Source: the human T2T-CHM13v2.0 reference genome, Homo sapiens
NCBI RefSeq assembly: GCF_009914755.1
Contig: NC_060934.1
Length of the DNA: 64,000 nucleotides
Strand: one strand, 5' to 3'
Shown: positions 1 to 12,173 of the stretch, piece after piece
Layout: every line of letters begins with the position of its first letter
Position numbering within the stretch: the stretch's first letter is position 1
Program-made: the position numbers and the translations under genes
The notes under the pieces: generated by a model
What the model was told of the DNA's origin: nothing
What the model saw: only the letters and a program-made list of their open reading frames with translations
Databases searched by the model: none

Positions 1-275
1 AGTCTCACTCTGTTGCCTAGGCTGGAGTACAGTGGCGCAATCTGGGCTCACTGCAACCTCTGCCTCTCTGGTTCAAGCAATTCTCCTGCCTCAACCTCCT
101 GTGTAGCTAGGATTACAAGTGCAGACCACCATGCCTGGCTAATTTTTGTATTTTTAGTAGAGACGGGGTTTCACCATGTTGGCCAGGCTGGTCTCGACCT
201 CCTGACCTCAAGTGCTCTGCCCACCTTGGCCTCCCAAAGTGCTGGTATTTCAGGCATGAGCCACAGCATCCAGCC
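1..275 (-). mobile_element. Alu SINE (AluS-type), cut by window start
   Basis: Reverse-complement Alu dimer: gctggagtacagtggcgcaatct...gagacggggtttcaccatgttggccaggctggtctcg...ccacagcatccagcc. ORF 13..294 is an Alu translation artefact. Confidence 0.97.
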
Positions 276-611
276 TCAAATTTTTAATCATTAGACTATA
301 AGGCACACTAGAAACATGAAATTTTGGAGATGGCCGGGACTTTCAAATCAACTAGTTTAGTTATTTTCAATCTTTTTGTCTGGTGAGTTCTTTACTCAAG
401 CTAAGTGAACCCCAAAGTTCAAACACGAAGTCAAATTGAAGAACCAAGGAAGAAGGAATGTAGGTGAAGAGGATAGGGAAAGCGCTATCCCTTTCCTGGA
501 GTTCAATTCCAAAGCCATAAATCACTTTACCTCTATCCATTTGCTAATAAGATAAAAAGGGTTTTGTTCAAGGTCAGACAGCTCTGCCTGAAAGCCTGGT
601 TGGTGTCTTTT

Positions 612-875
612 GGATTCATTTGTTCAGCAATTATGTGAGTGCCTATTATGTATCTCACTGGTTCTTAGGATACTGGAGATCTTGGGGTACAACCATGAAC
701 AAGTAGAGAAAGGCTTCATGCAGCTTATGATTTAGCACAGGAAGACAAATAATACACTAGTAAATGCATATTGCAGTTAATTTCAGACTGTGACCAGGTA
801 AGGTGATGACATAGAGTGACTTTAGGAGAAGGGGTTGAGATCAGAGAAGGCCTCTTGGAGGAGGTGACATGAAGT
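612..875 (-). mobile_element. L2 LINE fragment
   Basis: ttcatttgttcagcaattatgtgagtgcctattatg...gtcagagaaggcctc...gaggtgacat resembles a degraded L2 3' end; boundaries approximate. Confidence 0.6.
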
Positions 876-1654
876 TTGTGCATACCTCTACTCCTCTATT
901 GTCTTCAAGAGAGCTATCTTCAATTACTAGCAAGGCTGTCACGCTGGGATGGTGCAGTGGAAAGAACACTACATCCGGAATCCCAAGGTCTAGGTGTTTA
1001 CCCCACTTCTGTGTCCTTATAAGACTTTATATATTTTATTTTATTTTATATCTGTGAAATGAGAGTCATCATATCTGTACAGGATTAATGAAGATCTGGT
1101 CCCTGCCTTTTTTTTTTTTTCAGCCTTCTTAACCACCCTCTTCCTTACCACACCAGTCTCTTAAACATTATTTCCCATGAATGCTAAATTTATTTATATT
1201 CTCAAGGTATTCCAAGCCTTTAAAAGAGCTGTGGTTCTCTCAGCCTGGAATGATTCCCTTTCAAGTTCCTAGTTTTTAAACTAGGAACTCATTACTCCTA
1301 TCTGAAACTTGCTCTGATTCTTTCATACAGAGGGAAGAATGATTGTTGTTTTGCCTCATTTTTTGAACCATTTAAGATGGCGTTTATAAAAGTTGTTTTT
1401 TAACCTTCTAAAATGTTGTTTCATCCCATGTATTACAATAAATAACTAATAATTATCTATGTATTCTTTCTTCCCCCATTAGATCATGAGCTCTTTAAAG
1501 GCCCAAACCATATCTGATTCACAACCACATCATGGGCTCTCGCCACACAGATCAAAATCTAAAAAGGAAAGTGGATGCAATGTAAATTTTTCTTAATGCT
1601 GTGTGAGGAGAACCTTATCCAAAACGATTTCACAGAAAAGAGCATTTGTTTTGC

Positions 1655-2426
1655 TGATACGGGAGAGTTTCTTTATTCCAATCACAAGGCATGTGACAGG
1701 GGTGTGGCTCACTTCTTCGGTGCCCACTGCTCAAAACCCTAGGGGGAGCATGCAGACAGGCAGGTGCAGAGGCCTTGGGGAGTGCTTTTGGGATCTGGCC
1801 CATGGCAGTGTCCAGGACTCCCAAAGCCCAAGTGGGCGTGTGTTACAGTGCGCTCTTTCAGCTATGCCATCTGCAGATGCCTGTGTTAGTCAGCTCAATA
1901 GACCCTCTGCCTTATTGCAAGGACAGGGGGCCATTGTGACAGCCTGAGTTCTTGCCCAATGTACTGGAAGAATCAGACCACATATGGGCTGGAAGGTTGA
2001 GAGCAAGGTTTGATTGAGTAGTGGAGGTGGCTCTCAGTGAGATGGATTGGGAGCCAGAAGAGGGGATGGAATGGGAAGGTGGTCCTCCCCTGGAGTCGGG
2101 CCGCCCAAGGCTATACTCCCCTCGGCATCTGCGTTGTTCTGCCATCACTGGTCTGGTGGTGTCTGTTGGTGTCCGCAGGTCTGCTCCTCTGCTCCTCTCA
2201 ACATCCAGCTGCTTGTGTCTGTGTCCTCTTAAGATCTCAGGTTTATATGGGCACAGGATGGGGGGGCATGGTGGACCAGAGTAGTCTTGGAAAATGCAAC
2301 ATTTGGGCATGAAAACAGGAGTTCCTGTTCTCACTTAGGTCCGTAGGCACAGGCCCGAGGGTGGGGCCCTCATTAGGGCTCCCTGCCCTTCTCTACCTAG
2401 CACTTCCCTGCCCCACTCTCGTATCA
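1655..2426 (-). mobile_element. ERV1 solo LTR, LTR1/LTR27/LTR28/MER52 group
   Basis: GC-rich 772-bp block. On the minus strand it starts TGATACGAGAGTGGGGCAGGGAAGTGCTAGGTAGAGAAGGGC and ends ...AACTCTCCCGTATCA, giving TG...CA termini typical of this group. No clean TSD. Confidence 0.8.
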
Positions 2427-2829
2427 CTGTTACACACCTTACATTGCAAAGGTGGTTGCTTTCTGCCTTATCCTGGGAAACAGACATATGTGCTTGCTGA
2501 GCCCTTCGCTAAATTTACAAGAGTATATACACTGAATAGGAGGCAGAGAAACAAACATAATACTTTACTCATTCTCAGATTTCCTCCCATTCCAAGGAAT
2601 GTAACATATACTGCTCTGGGTACAAGAGAGTGTAACCATTCCATCTAATACCATCCTGCAAAGTGCTTTAGAAAGTAGAATGACAATAGAGCCGGCCTTT
2701 GGTAAACATTTAAAGTGTGTTTTATCATCTTTCACCAAATCCCATCTTTTCATCGTTTCCTTCATTGACTTATGATAAATAAAAAAGCGGGGAAACAATT
2801 TTGGGGGAGCCAATAGAGTATAGGACTAA

Positions 2830-3045
2830 AATACTTGGTCTTAATGTTAGAGGACCTGAGTGCAATGCAATGCTCATTTACTTGCCAGTTTTTTATCCTG
2901 GACAAATAAGTTACTTCATATCTAGTACCCCTGTTTACTCATCTTTAAAATGTGAATAATACCTGTTTCATAGGTTGTTCTAAAGACTACATGGCTAACG
3001 CATCTGGGACTAGCTAACACGACACCTGGTAAATAGTAAGAACTT
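2830..3045 (+). mobile_element. MIR SINE
   Basis: Degraded core: agttacttcatatct...gtttactcatctttaaaatgtgaataatacctgtttcataggttgtt. Confidence 0.7.
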
Positions 3046-4313
3046 TAAAAAAATTTATCATTTTTTTAATTACATGTAATTATTGATGACATTGTTGGTT
3101 TATTTTTATATTATAATTTCCTATGGCTAAACCTAGCTCAATAGTAAATTTTCAATAAATGGTAGGTTAATTTATTACTGGATTTATTCAGTATTTCTCA
3201 CATCTGTTCCTTTCTTCTCATTTTTAAAGTATTTTCAAAACTGTTTCCCTCTGTCTCTCCAGACTAATTGGGTAACTAGCAACTACATAAAGACAACCTA
3301 TGGATTTCAAGGATCTTTCATTACTGTAAACCTGGTAATCAAACTGGTAACTCTTTCTGAGGCCTGAAGAAGTTGCTGTTCTGAGAGTTCTGTTATGCAG
3401 CCATCACTGTTTTTAGGTGTTTTCCTTTGCTATAGAGATAAATGAGAAGTATGTATGTGGTTTATTTCACTTCATTTTATTCTGACCAACACAGTAGTGA
3501 AGCTTCCAATTGAAGACAGAGTAATTATACATGTCATATCCAGTAAAGAATTAATGGCATCTTTTCGTTCCTCACCAAAAGGGGTAAATCAGAGGCTAGG
3601 GGAGTCATCTGGATAAAAGAGAATATTTAAAATACTCATTTAGAATTTAGAATGCAAATCAAAGTATGCCTGTTTAGTATTTTACTTAAAAAAAATAGTC
3701 TAGCAACAAGCTAGAGGGAGATGTTTTATTTTGGTAAAGCGCGTCTTCTATCATCATTTCTTAAATGAGTGAATCTAAGTAGGTTCTTTCTGCTTGTGTT
3801 CCTAGGGAAACAATTGTTCCTGGAATGAGATCCTATATTCAGAAGGGAGCAATCTAAAGAGAGTGGTTGTGACTAAAACATAGTAGCTTAACTGCAAATT
3901 GGTAGGAAGTGGTAGGCTACCCAAGCTAATCTGCTGATTGCTAATTTTCTTGGGTGTTGTTGCACTGCCTTGCTGTAATTGAATAGGCCCAGATTACCCT
4001 GGGAGGGTGGAGTATTACAGCCCTCTGAAGAGAACCCTAGTGTGTGTGGTGTTTTCCTTTGTGTCTGCTGATGAAAAGCCCAGTAATCCTGAAAGCGATC
4101 TGAAACCAATTTTGCCACCGGCATCCTATGTGGTAAAAATGGTCTTTAAATGTGCATATCGAATTAGTAGACTCTCACTGAGAGGCTTTAATGGAAGGAG
4201 TTTCTGCTTCACTAATTTGGTGTGGATACTTAAACAACTTTTCTTTATTTGCAGCTATGCATGGGCAGAGAGGTAGTTAATTTTTTACCGTCCTTAGTAA
4301 GTCCAATCCAGAA

Positions 4314-4420
4314 CAGGGCTGGCAAACCTTTTCTGTAAAAGCCAGATAGTTAATATTTGAGACTTTGTGGGCTAAGAGGTAAAATTGAATATATGATGTA
4401 GCTACATATAAAACGAGGGA
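4314..4420 (+). mobile_element. MER58 (hAT-Charlie) fragment
   Basis: cagggctggcaaaccttttctgtaaaagccagatagttaatatttgagactttgtgggc matches the MER58 5' end. Confidence 0.75.
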
Positions 4421-5210
4421 AAACGTCAGCCCTTGTCCTGTTTGCCTGGGAGCTGTGGGCTCTCAGTAGCAGCTAGGTGAGAGGAAAAGGAAAGTTGATG
4501 ACATTTCTCAATTGTCTTGCTCTGCCTGGGAGCTCCAGCCTCCACAGACCATCACCCTGTCTCTCATTCCCATGTCCCAACTTTCTGTTCTCCCTCTATA
4601 TCTCCTATCTGGTAAATAATACTCACATTACAGTCAGCAGAACCTGCCTTAGTGGCCCGAAGCCAGTTGGATCCCTCCCCGCTGCCCAGGAGGTAGAAGG
4701 AAGAAAAGAGATAAGTGCCTATTATTCTCCATTGAAATGATGACTACATTTTGCCTTGATGGCGGTACTAGCAGTGTATGTTGGTCTTTGTATTCTGGTC
4801 AGTTCTTTCAATTAGAGGAGGAGTGTAGAGAATTCTAAGTCCAGATATTTGATTAAAAAAAAGAAACTCTTGGAACAAACCAAATGTATAATTAGTAGCT
4901 ACCACTAGTGCTTCTTTGTACTGAGGGTATTTAGCTGTTAAAATATCATTGGTTTTGTTTCCATTTCCAAATGATGTTTTGTAGTAATTGGCTCAATTAA
5001 TACATAAATTCAGACACTTTCAAGTATTTTTGCTGAAAACATATTTTCCCTTTGAATTTTCAAAATCCACCTTCAACCCCTACTTGCTGTCGATTAAATA
5101 CTGGTTCTGACTGCATCTTAATGCCAATTTATGGTAGCTTGGCTCAAATACAGTCATGTGCTGCGTAACAAAGTTTCTGTCAACAACAGACTGCATATAC
5201 TATAACCGTA

Positions 5211-5773
5211 ATAGGTTTGTTGCCTGATGCACATGGGAAGTCAGTACACCAAGACACTAGGATGAAGCTGAGGAAGAGGTTTGATTGTAAGGCTGCTGAA
5301 TGAGGAGACGGAAGGAAACCACAAATCCTTCTCCCTGAGAAGTGTGGGGCTAGAGTTTTTATGGGTTTTGGAGTGGGCCAGAGTGTAGAGATTATTGATT
5401 GTTCAAAGAGTGCAATTTGAAGTCATGGGACAGGGAGTTGAAGAAACTGTATTCTCATGCTGATTCAGTTCTTCTGTGAGAGTCTTTAAACTGGTTGATG
5501 TCAGCTGTTCTGCTGGAATTCACGATCTGCTTAAATGATTTTTAAACAAAAGCTTTATGATTCTAACATCAGTGGTCCTATTTAAAATAAAAGCCTTGTG
5601 ATTATAACATCAGAAATCCTATCTATAGGAACAGTAGGGATGCAGATGGTCAGTATCTAGTGTTACATGACTTTCTGTTATTAGGAAGTGAATCAAAATG
5701 CAACCTAATTAATGCTTAATTATAACGACATTTCTGTCCAAAAATTTCTGTTAACCTTGTGAGGATGGCTTCA
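5211..5773 (-). mobile_element. ERV1 solo LTR, LTR26-like
   Basis: Minus strand starts TGAAGCCATCCTCACAAGGTTAACAGAAATTTTTGGACAGAAATGTCGTTATAATTAAGCATTAAT. About 560 bp, splitting the Tigger3b. Contains a ~41-bp internal tandem duplication near 5543-5622. Confidence 0.75.
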
Positions 5774-6095
5774 GTATGGTGATAGTGCCATAACATTATA
5801 ATAGAGTTGAAAAATTCTTACTGCCGGGTGACATCTTGATGACCCTGACACTATGTAGGTCTAGTATAATGTGTGTATTTATGTCTTAGTTTTTAACAAC
5901 AACAACAAAAAAGTAAACAAACAAATGAAATAAGAAAAAGCTTATGGAATAAGGATATAAAAATATTTTTGTAGTGCTGTATGATGAGTTTGTATTTTAA
6001 GCTAAGTGTTATTACTAAACAGTCAGAAAGTTTTAAAAAATTAAAAAGTTTATAAAGTAAAAAAGTTATAATAAGCTAAGGTTAGTTTATTATTT

Positions 6096-6180
6096 TTTTC
6101 TTTAATTTATTTATTATTATTATACTTTAAGTTTTAGGGTACATGTGCACAATGTGCAGGTTAGTTACATATGTATACAT
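6096..6180 (-). mobile_element. Extremely 5'-truncated young L1 (L1PA2/L1PA3-type 3' terminus)
   Basis: Reverse complement reads atgtatacatatgtaactaacctgcacattgtgcacatgtaccctaaaacttaaagtataataat plus A-tail. Perfect TSD gtttattattt at 6085-6095 and 6181-6191. Confidence 0.92.
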
Positions 6181-6391
6181 GTTTATTATTTAAGAAATAT
6201 TTTTTAAAAAAAATTTAGTGTAGTCTAAGTGGACAGTGTTTAAAAAATCTACTATATTCATGTCCTAGGCCTTCACACTCACCCACCAGTCATTCACTGA
6301 CTTACCAGAGCAACTTTTATTAGAACCCTGCAAACTCCATTCATTGTAAGTGCTCTATATGGGTGTGTCATTTTTTAAATATTGTTAAAAA

Positions 6392-7020
6392 TTTACACTT
6401 TTGGTGAGAATGTAAATTAGTTCAACCATTGTGGAAGATGGTGTGGCAATTCCTCAAAGATCTAGAACCAGAAATACCATTTGACCCAGCAGTCCCATTA
6501 CTGGGTATATACCCAAAGGAATATAAATCATTCTATTACAAAGATACATGCACACATATGTTCATTGCAGCACTATTCACAATAGCAAAGACATGTAATC
6601 AACCCAAATACCTATCAACAACAGACTGGATAAAGAAAATGCAATACATATATACCATGGATTACTATGCAGCCATAAAAAGGAATGAGGTCATGTTCTT
6701 TGCAGGGACATGGTTGAAGATGGAAGCCATATCCTCAGCAAACTAACACAGGAACAGAAAACCAAGCACCACGTGTTCTCACTTTTTAGTGGGAGCCTAA
6801 CAATGAGAACACATGGACATAGGGAGGGGAACAACACACACTGGGGCCTGTCAGGGATTATGGTAGGGGAAGGGAGAGCATTAGGAAATATAGGTAATGC
6901 ATGCTGGGCTTAATACCTAGGCGATGGGTTGATAGGTGCAGCAAACCACCATGGCACACATTTACCTATGTAACCTGCACATCCTGCACATGTACCCCAA
7001 ACTTATAAATTAAAAAAAAA
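6392..7020 (+). mobile_element. L1PA (approx. L1PA11-13) 3' end
   Basis: ORF2 C-terminus (ORF 6429..6746, [25 protein letters not shown]), 3' UTR ...taatgcatgctgggcttaatacctagg..., poly-A at ~7012-7021. Confidence 0.92.
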
Positions 7021-7612
7021 ATTTTTTGATCCATTGTATTTGTACATATTTATGGGTACATGTGAAATTTTGCCACGTGAATAGAATGTATAATGATTAA
7101 GTCAGGACATTTAGGGTATCTATCACATGAGCATCATTTGTATGTTTTGGGTATATTGCAAGCTCTCTCTTCTAGTTTTTTTAAAATGTACAATACACTG
7201 TCATTAACTATAGTAACCTTACTAATCTATCAAAGAAGAGCTTATTCCTTCTATTGAACTGTGTATTTGTACCCATTAACTAACCTCTCTTCATCCCCAC
7301 TGCCACTCATACACCCTTTCCAGTCTCTGGTATCCATCATTCCACTCACTACCTCCATGTGAGCAATGTTTTTAGTTCCAACATATATGTGAGAACATGC
7401 AATATTTCTCTTTCTGTGCCTGGCTTATTTCCCTTAACATAATGACCTCTCTCCAGTTCCACCCATGTAGTTGCAAATAACATAATTTTAATTTTTGTGG
7501 CTGAATAGTATTTCATTGTCTATATATATCTCACATTTTCTTTATTCATTCATTTGTTGATAGACACTTAGATTGATTTCATATCTTTGCTATTGTTAAT
7601 AGTGCTGCAATA

Positions 7613-8085
7613 CTATTCACAATAGCAAAGACATGGAACCAACCCAAATGTCCATCAATGATAGACTGGATAAAGAAAATGTGGTACATAAACACTGTGG
7701 AACACTATGCATAAAAGGACACTATGCCATAAAAATGAATGAATCATATCTTTTGCAGGGACAGGGATAAAGCTGGAAGCCATCATCTTCAGCAAACTAA
7801 CAGAGGAACAGAAAGCTAAACACTGCATGTTCTCACTCATAAGTGGGAGTTGAACCATGAGAACACATGAACACGGGGAGGGGAACAACACACACTGGGG
7901 CCTATCAGGGCTTGGGGGGAAAGGGGAGGGAGAGCATCAGGACAAATAGCTAATGCAAGCAGGGCTTAAAACCTAGGTGATGGACTGATAGGTGCAGCAA
8001 ACCACCATGGCACATATATACCTATGTAACAAACCTGCACATTCTGCACATGCATCCTGTAACTTACAGTTAAAAAAAAAAAAAG
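7613..8085 (+). mobile_element. L1PA (approx. L1PA8A-10) 3' end inserted in the L1MA
   Basis: ctattcacaatagcaaagacatggaaccaacccaaatgtcc...poly-A. TSD tagtgctgcaata at 7600-7612 and 8086-8098. Confidence 0.93.
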
Positions 8086-11000
8086 TAGTGCTGCAATAAA
8101 CATAGACGTTTATGTGTGCCTTTGATATATTGATTTATTTCCTTTTGGATAAATACACAGTAGTGGGATTGCTGGATAGTGTGACAGTATTGTTTTTAGT
8201 ATTTTGAGAAATCTTCAAACTGTTTTTCATAATAGTTGTACTAATTTACATTCCCACCAACAGTGTATAACAATTTGTCACTCCACATCCTCACCAACGT
8301 CTATTATTTTTTGTCTCTCTAGTAATAGCCATTCTCACTAGGGTGAGATGATATCTCATTGTGGTTTTGATTTGCATTTCCCTGATGATTAATGATGTTG
8401 AGCATTTTTTCATATGTCTGTTGGCCATTTGTATGTCTTCTTTTGAGAAATATCTATTCATGTCCTTTGCCAATTTTTAATAAGATTATTTGCCCTTTTT
8501 AAAAAAAAAAAACGTTAAATTGTTTCTTTGTGTATTCTGGATATTAGCCCCCTGTCAAATGAGTAATTTGCATATATTTTCTCCGTTTCAAGAGGTTGCC
8601 CCTTTACTCTGTTGATTGGTTATTTTTGCTGTGCAGAAGCCTTTAATTTAATATAGTCCCATTTGTCTATTTTTTTTTTTTTTGCAGCCTGTGCTTTTGA
8701 GGTCTTATTCATAAAATCTTTGCTTGCCTAGACCAATGTCCTAAAGAGTTTGCCTTATATTTTCCTCTAGTACTTTTATAATTTCAAGTCTTATGTTTAA
8801 GTCTTTAAATCATCTTGAGTTGATTTTTGTACACAGTGAGAGATAGAAATGCATTTTCATTCTTCTGCATATGGTTAACCAGTTTTCCTAGCACCATTTA
8901 TTAAAAAGGGTGTCCTTTCCCCAATGTGTGTTCTTAATGGCTTTGTCAAAGATCAGTTGGCTATAAATATATCGATTTATTTCTTGGTTTTCTACTCTTT
9001 TCTATTGGCCAATTTGTCTGTTTTTGTGTCAGTGCCATGCTGTTTTGATTACTGTGGGCTTGTAATACATTTTGAAGTCAGGTAATGTAATGATTTCAGC
9101 TTTGCACTTTTTACTTGGGATTGCTTTGGCAATTCTGGCTCTTTTTTTCATTTCATAAACATTTGAAAGATTATTTTGTTTATTTCTGACAAAAATGACA
9201 TTAGTATTTTCATAGGGATTTCATTGAATCTGCAGATTGCTTTGGGCAGTATAGTCATTTTAACAATATTCTCCTACTCTATTAGCATGAAATGCCTTTC
9301 CATTTGTTGTGTCCTCTTCAGTTTTTTTCTTCAGTGTTTTGTAATTTTTCTTATAGAGATCTTTCACCTTGGTTAAATGTATTCCTAGGTTTTTTTGTGT
9401 GTGTCACTATTGTAAATGGGATTGCCCTCTTGATTTCTTTTTCAGTGATTTCATTATTGTTGTATAGAAATGCTACTGACTTTTGTATGTTGATTTTGTA
9501 TCTAGCAATTTTACTGAATTTATGACTTCTAAAAAATTTTTTGTGGAATCTTTTGGTTTTTCTATATATAAAGTGTGTCATTTGTAAAGAGGGACAATTT
9601 GACTTTCTCCTTTCCAATGTGAATGCCTTTTATTTCTTTATCTTGCCTGATGCACTGGCTACAACATCCGGTACTTTCTTGAGTAAGAGTGGTGAAAATG
9701 TGCATCCTTGTCTTGTTTCAGTTTAAAAGGAGAGTCTTTCAGATTTTCCCCATGATGATGTTTGCTGTTGGTTTATCATATAGGGCCTTTATTATTTTTA
9801 TGTATGTTGTTTTTATGCCTCATTTGGTGATAGTTTTTATCATGAAGGAATGTTGAATTTTATCAAATGATTTTTCTGTATCTATTGAGATGATCATATG
9901 CTTTTTGTCCTTCATTCTGTTGATATAATATGTCACATTTATTGATTTGTATATGTTGAGCCATCCTTGCGTACCTGGTATAATCCCACTTGATCATGAC
10001 GTATTATCTTTTTGATGTGATGTTGGATTTGGTTTGCTAGTGTTTTGTTGAAGGATTTTGTGTGTATGTTCATTACGGTATTGGCCTGTAGTTTTATTTT
10101 AAGGAGGATTGATATTAGTACTTCTTTATACATTTGATAGAATTACACTGTGAATCCATCCAGTCCTGGGCTCTTCTTTGTTTGAAAACTTTTTATTACT
10201 GATTCAATCTCATTACTCACTATTGGTCTGTTCAAATTTTCTGTTTCTTCCTGATTCAATCTTGGTAGGTTGTATGTTTTTAGGAATTTATCAGTTTCCT
10301 CTAGATTTTCCAGTTTGTTAGTGTATAGTTATTTATAATAGTTTCTGGTGGTCTTTTGTATTTCTATGGTACCAGTTGCAATGTCTGCTTTTTCATTTCT
10401 GATTTTGTTTATATGGGTCTTCTCTCTTCTTGGTTGATCTAGCTAGTGGTTTATCAATTTTGTTTATCTTTTTGAAGATCCAACTTTTCATTTTATTGAT
10501 TCTTTGTAATTTTTTTAGTCCCTATTTCACTTAGTTCTGTTCTGATCTTTATTATTTCTTTCCTTCTGCTAATTTTGGGTTTGGTTTGTTCTTGCTTTTC
10601 TAGTTTATTTGAAATTTTTCTACTTTCTTGATTCAGCATTTATTTCTGTAATGTTCCCTCTTAGCAGTGGTTTTGCTGCGTCTCACAAGTTTTGGTATGT
10701 TGTTTCCATTTTTATTTGTTTTAATTTTTTTATTTTCATATAAATTTTTTCATTAACCCAATGGTCACTCAAGAACATGTTGTTTAATTTTAATATATTT
10801 GTGTACTTTCCAAAGTGCATTTTGGTGTTAACTTCTAGTTTTATTCCCTTGTGGTCTGAGAAGATACTTGATATGATTTCAATATTTTTAAAATTTGTTT
10901 AGACTTCTTTTCTTTTTTTGGCCTAACATATGGTCTATCCTGGAGAATATTCCATGTGTTGATGAGAAGAATGTGTATTCTGCAGTTGTTGGATAAAATG

Positions 11001-11933
11001 TTCTGTAGTTGTCTGTTAGGTCCCTTTCGTCTAAAGTCCAGTTTAAGTCTAATATTTTGTTGTTGCTTTTTTTGTCTAAATGATTTGTCTAATGCTGAGA
11101 GTGGGCTGTAGAAATACCCAACTATTACTGTATTAGAGTCTCTTTCTTTAGATCTAGTAATATTTGCTTTATATATCTAGGTGCTCTTGTGTTTGGTGCA
11201 TACATATTTTGAATTGTTATATCCTCTTGGAAGACTGATCTCTTTATCATTATAAAATGACAATCTTCATCTATTTTTTACTGTTTTGCCTTAAAGTCTG
11301 TTTTACCTGATATAAGCAGAGCTACTCCTGCTAGTTTTTGGTTTCCATTTGTGTTGAAAGTCTTTTTCCATCCCTTTACTTTCAATTTATATGTGTCTTT
11401 ACAGGTGAGGTGAGTTTCTTGAAGGCAGCATATAGTTGTATCTTTAAAAAAAAAAATTAGCACAGGGTCAGTATTCAAGGATCATTTTTTTAAATGTATT
11501 CCGCCAGTCTATACTTTTTAAGTGGAGAATTTAATCTATTTATATTCAAGGTTATTATTGATGTATGAGATTTTGTTTCTATCATATTGTTAATTGTTTG
11601 TTGCTTGTTTAATGTGTTCCTTGTTTCTTTCTTTTTCTTTTATTGTTTGTCATTGTGGTTTGGTGGTTTACTGTAGTGGTGGTATTTGAGTTCTTTCTCT
11701 TTCTCATCTGTGTGTTTGCTTTACCAGTGCATTTCATACTTTTGTGTTTTCATGATGGTAAATGTCATTCTTTTAGATTTAGGATTCTCTTGAGCATTTC
11801 TGCCAAAGCTGACCTAGTGGTCATGCATTTTCTCAAGTTTTGCTTGTCTGGGAAATGCTTTATTTCTCTCTCATTTATGAAGGATACTTTTTCTGATTAT
11901 AGTATTCTTGGCTAGCAGTATTTTTTTCTCTTT

Positions 11934-12173
11934 CATCTTTGAATATATCCATCTTTGAATATATTCAACTTTGAATATATCCATCTTTGAATATATTCAA
12001 CTTTGAATATATCCATCTTTGAATATATTCAACTTTGAATATATCCATCTTTGAATATATTCAACTTTGAATATATCCATCTTTGAATATATTCAACTTT
12101 GAATATATCCATCTTTGAATATATTCAACTTTGAATATATCCATCTTTGAATATATTCAACTTTGAATATATC
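11934..12173. repeat. Minisatellite/VNTR: 32-bp unit catctttgaatatattcaactttgaatatatc x7 plus a leading 16-bp half unit
   Basis: Read directly. The seven copies are identical, and each is a dimer of two related 16-mers. Confidence 0.97.

Larger units (their letters stand above)
5151..6380 (+). mobile_element. Tigger3b (TcMar-Tigger), left part, interrupted by LTR26 and an L1PA2/3 fragment
   Basis: TA followed by TIR cagtcatgtgctgcgtaacaaagtttctgtcaacaacagactgcatatac. Resumes at 5774 (ataacattataat...gtcctaggccttcacactcacccacc...taagtgctctatat). Confidence 0.85.

Noticed and set aside
1603-2648. Cluster of overlapping ORFs
   Set aside because: GC-rich LTR sequence depleted of stop codons; no gag, pol or env similarity.
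3263-3448. Possible plus-strand exon (ctgtctctccag ... GAA|gtatgt)
   Set aside because: Weak donor, several competing GT sites and no coding signal.
11934-12173. CRISPR-like regular array
   Set aside because: No unique spacers; it is a head-to-tail tandem repeat in a human L1.
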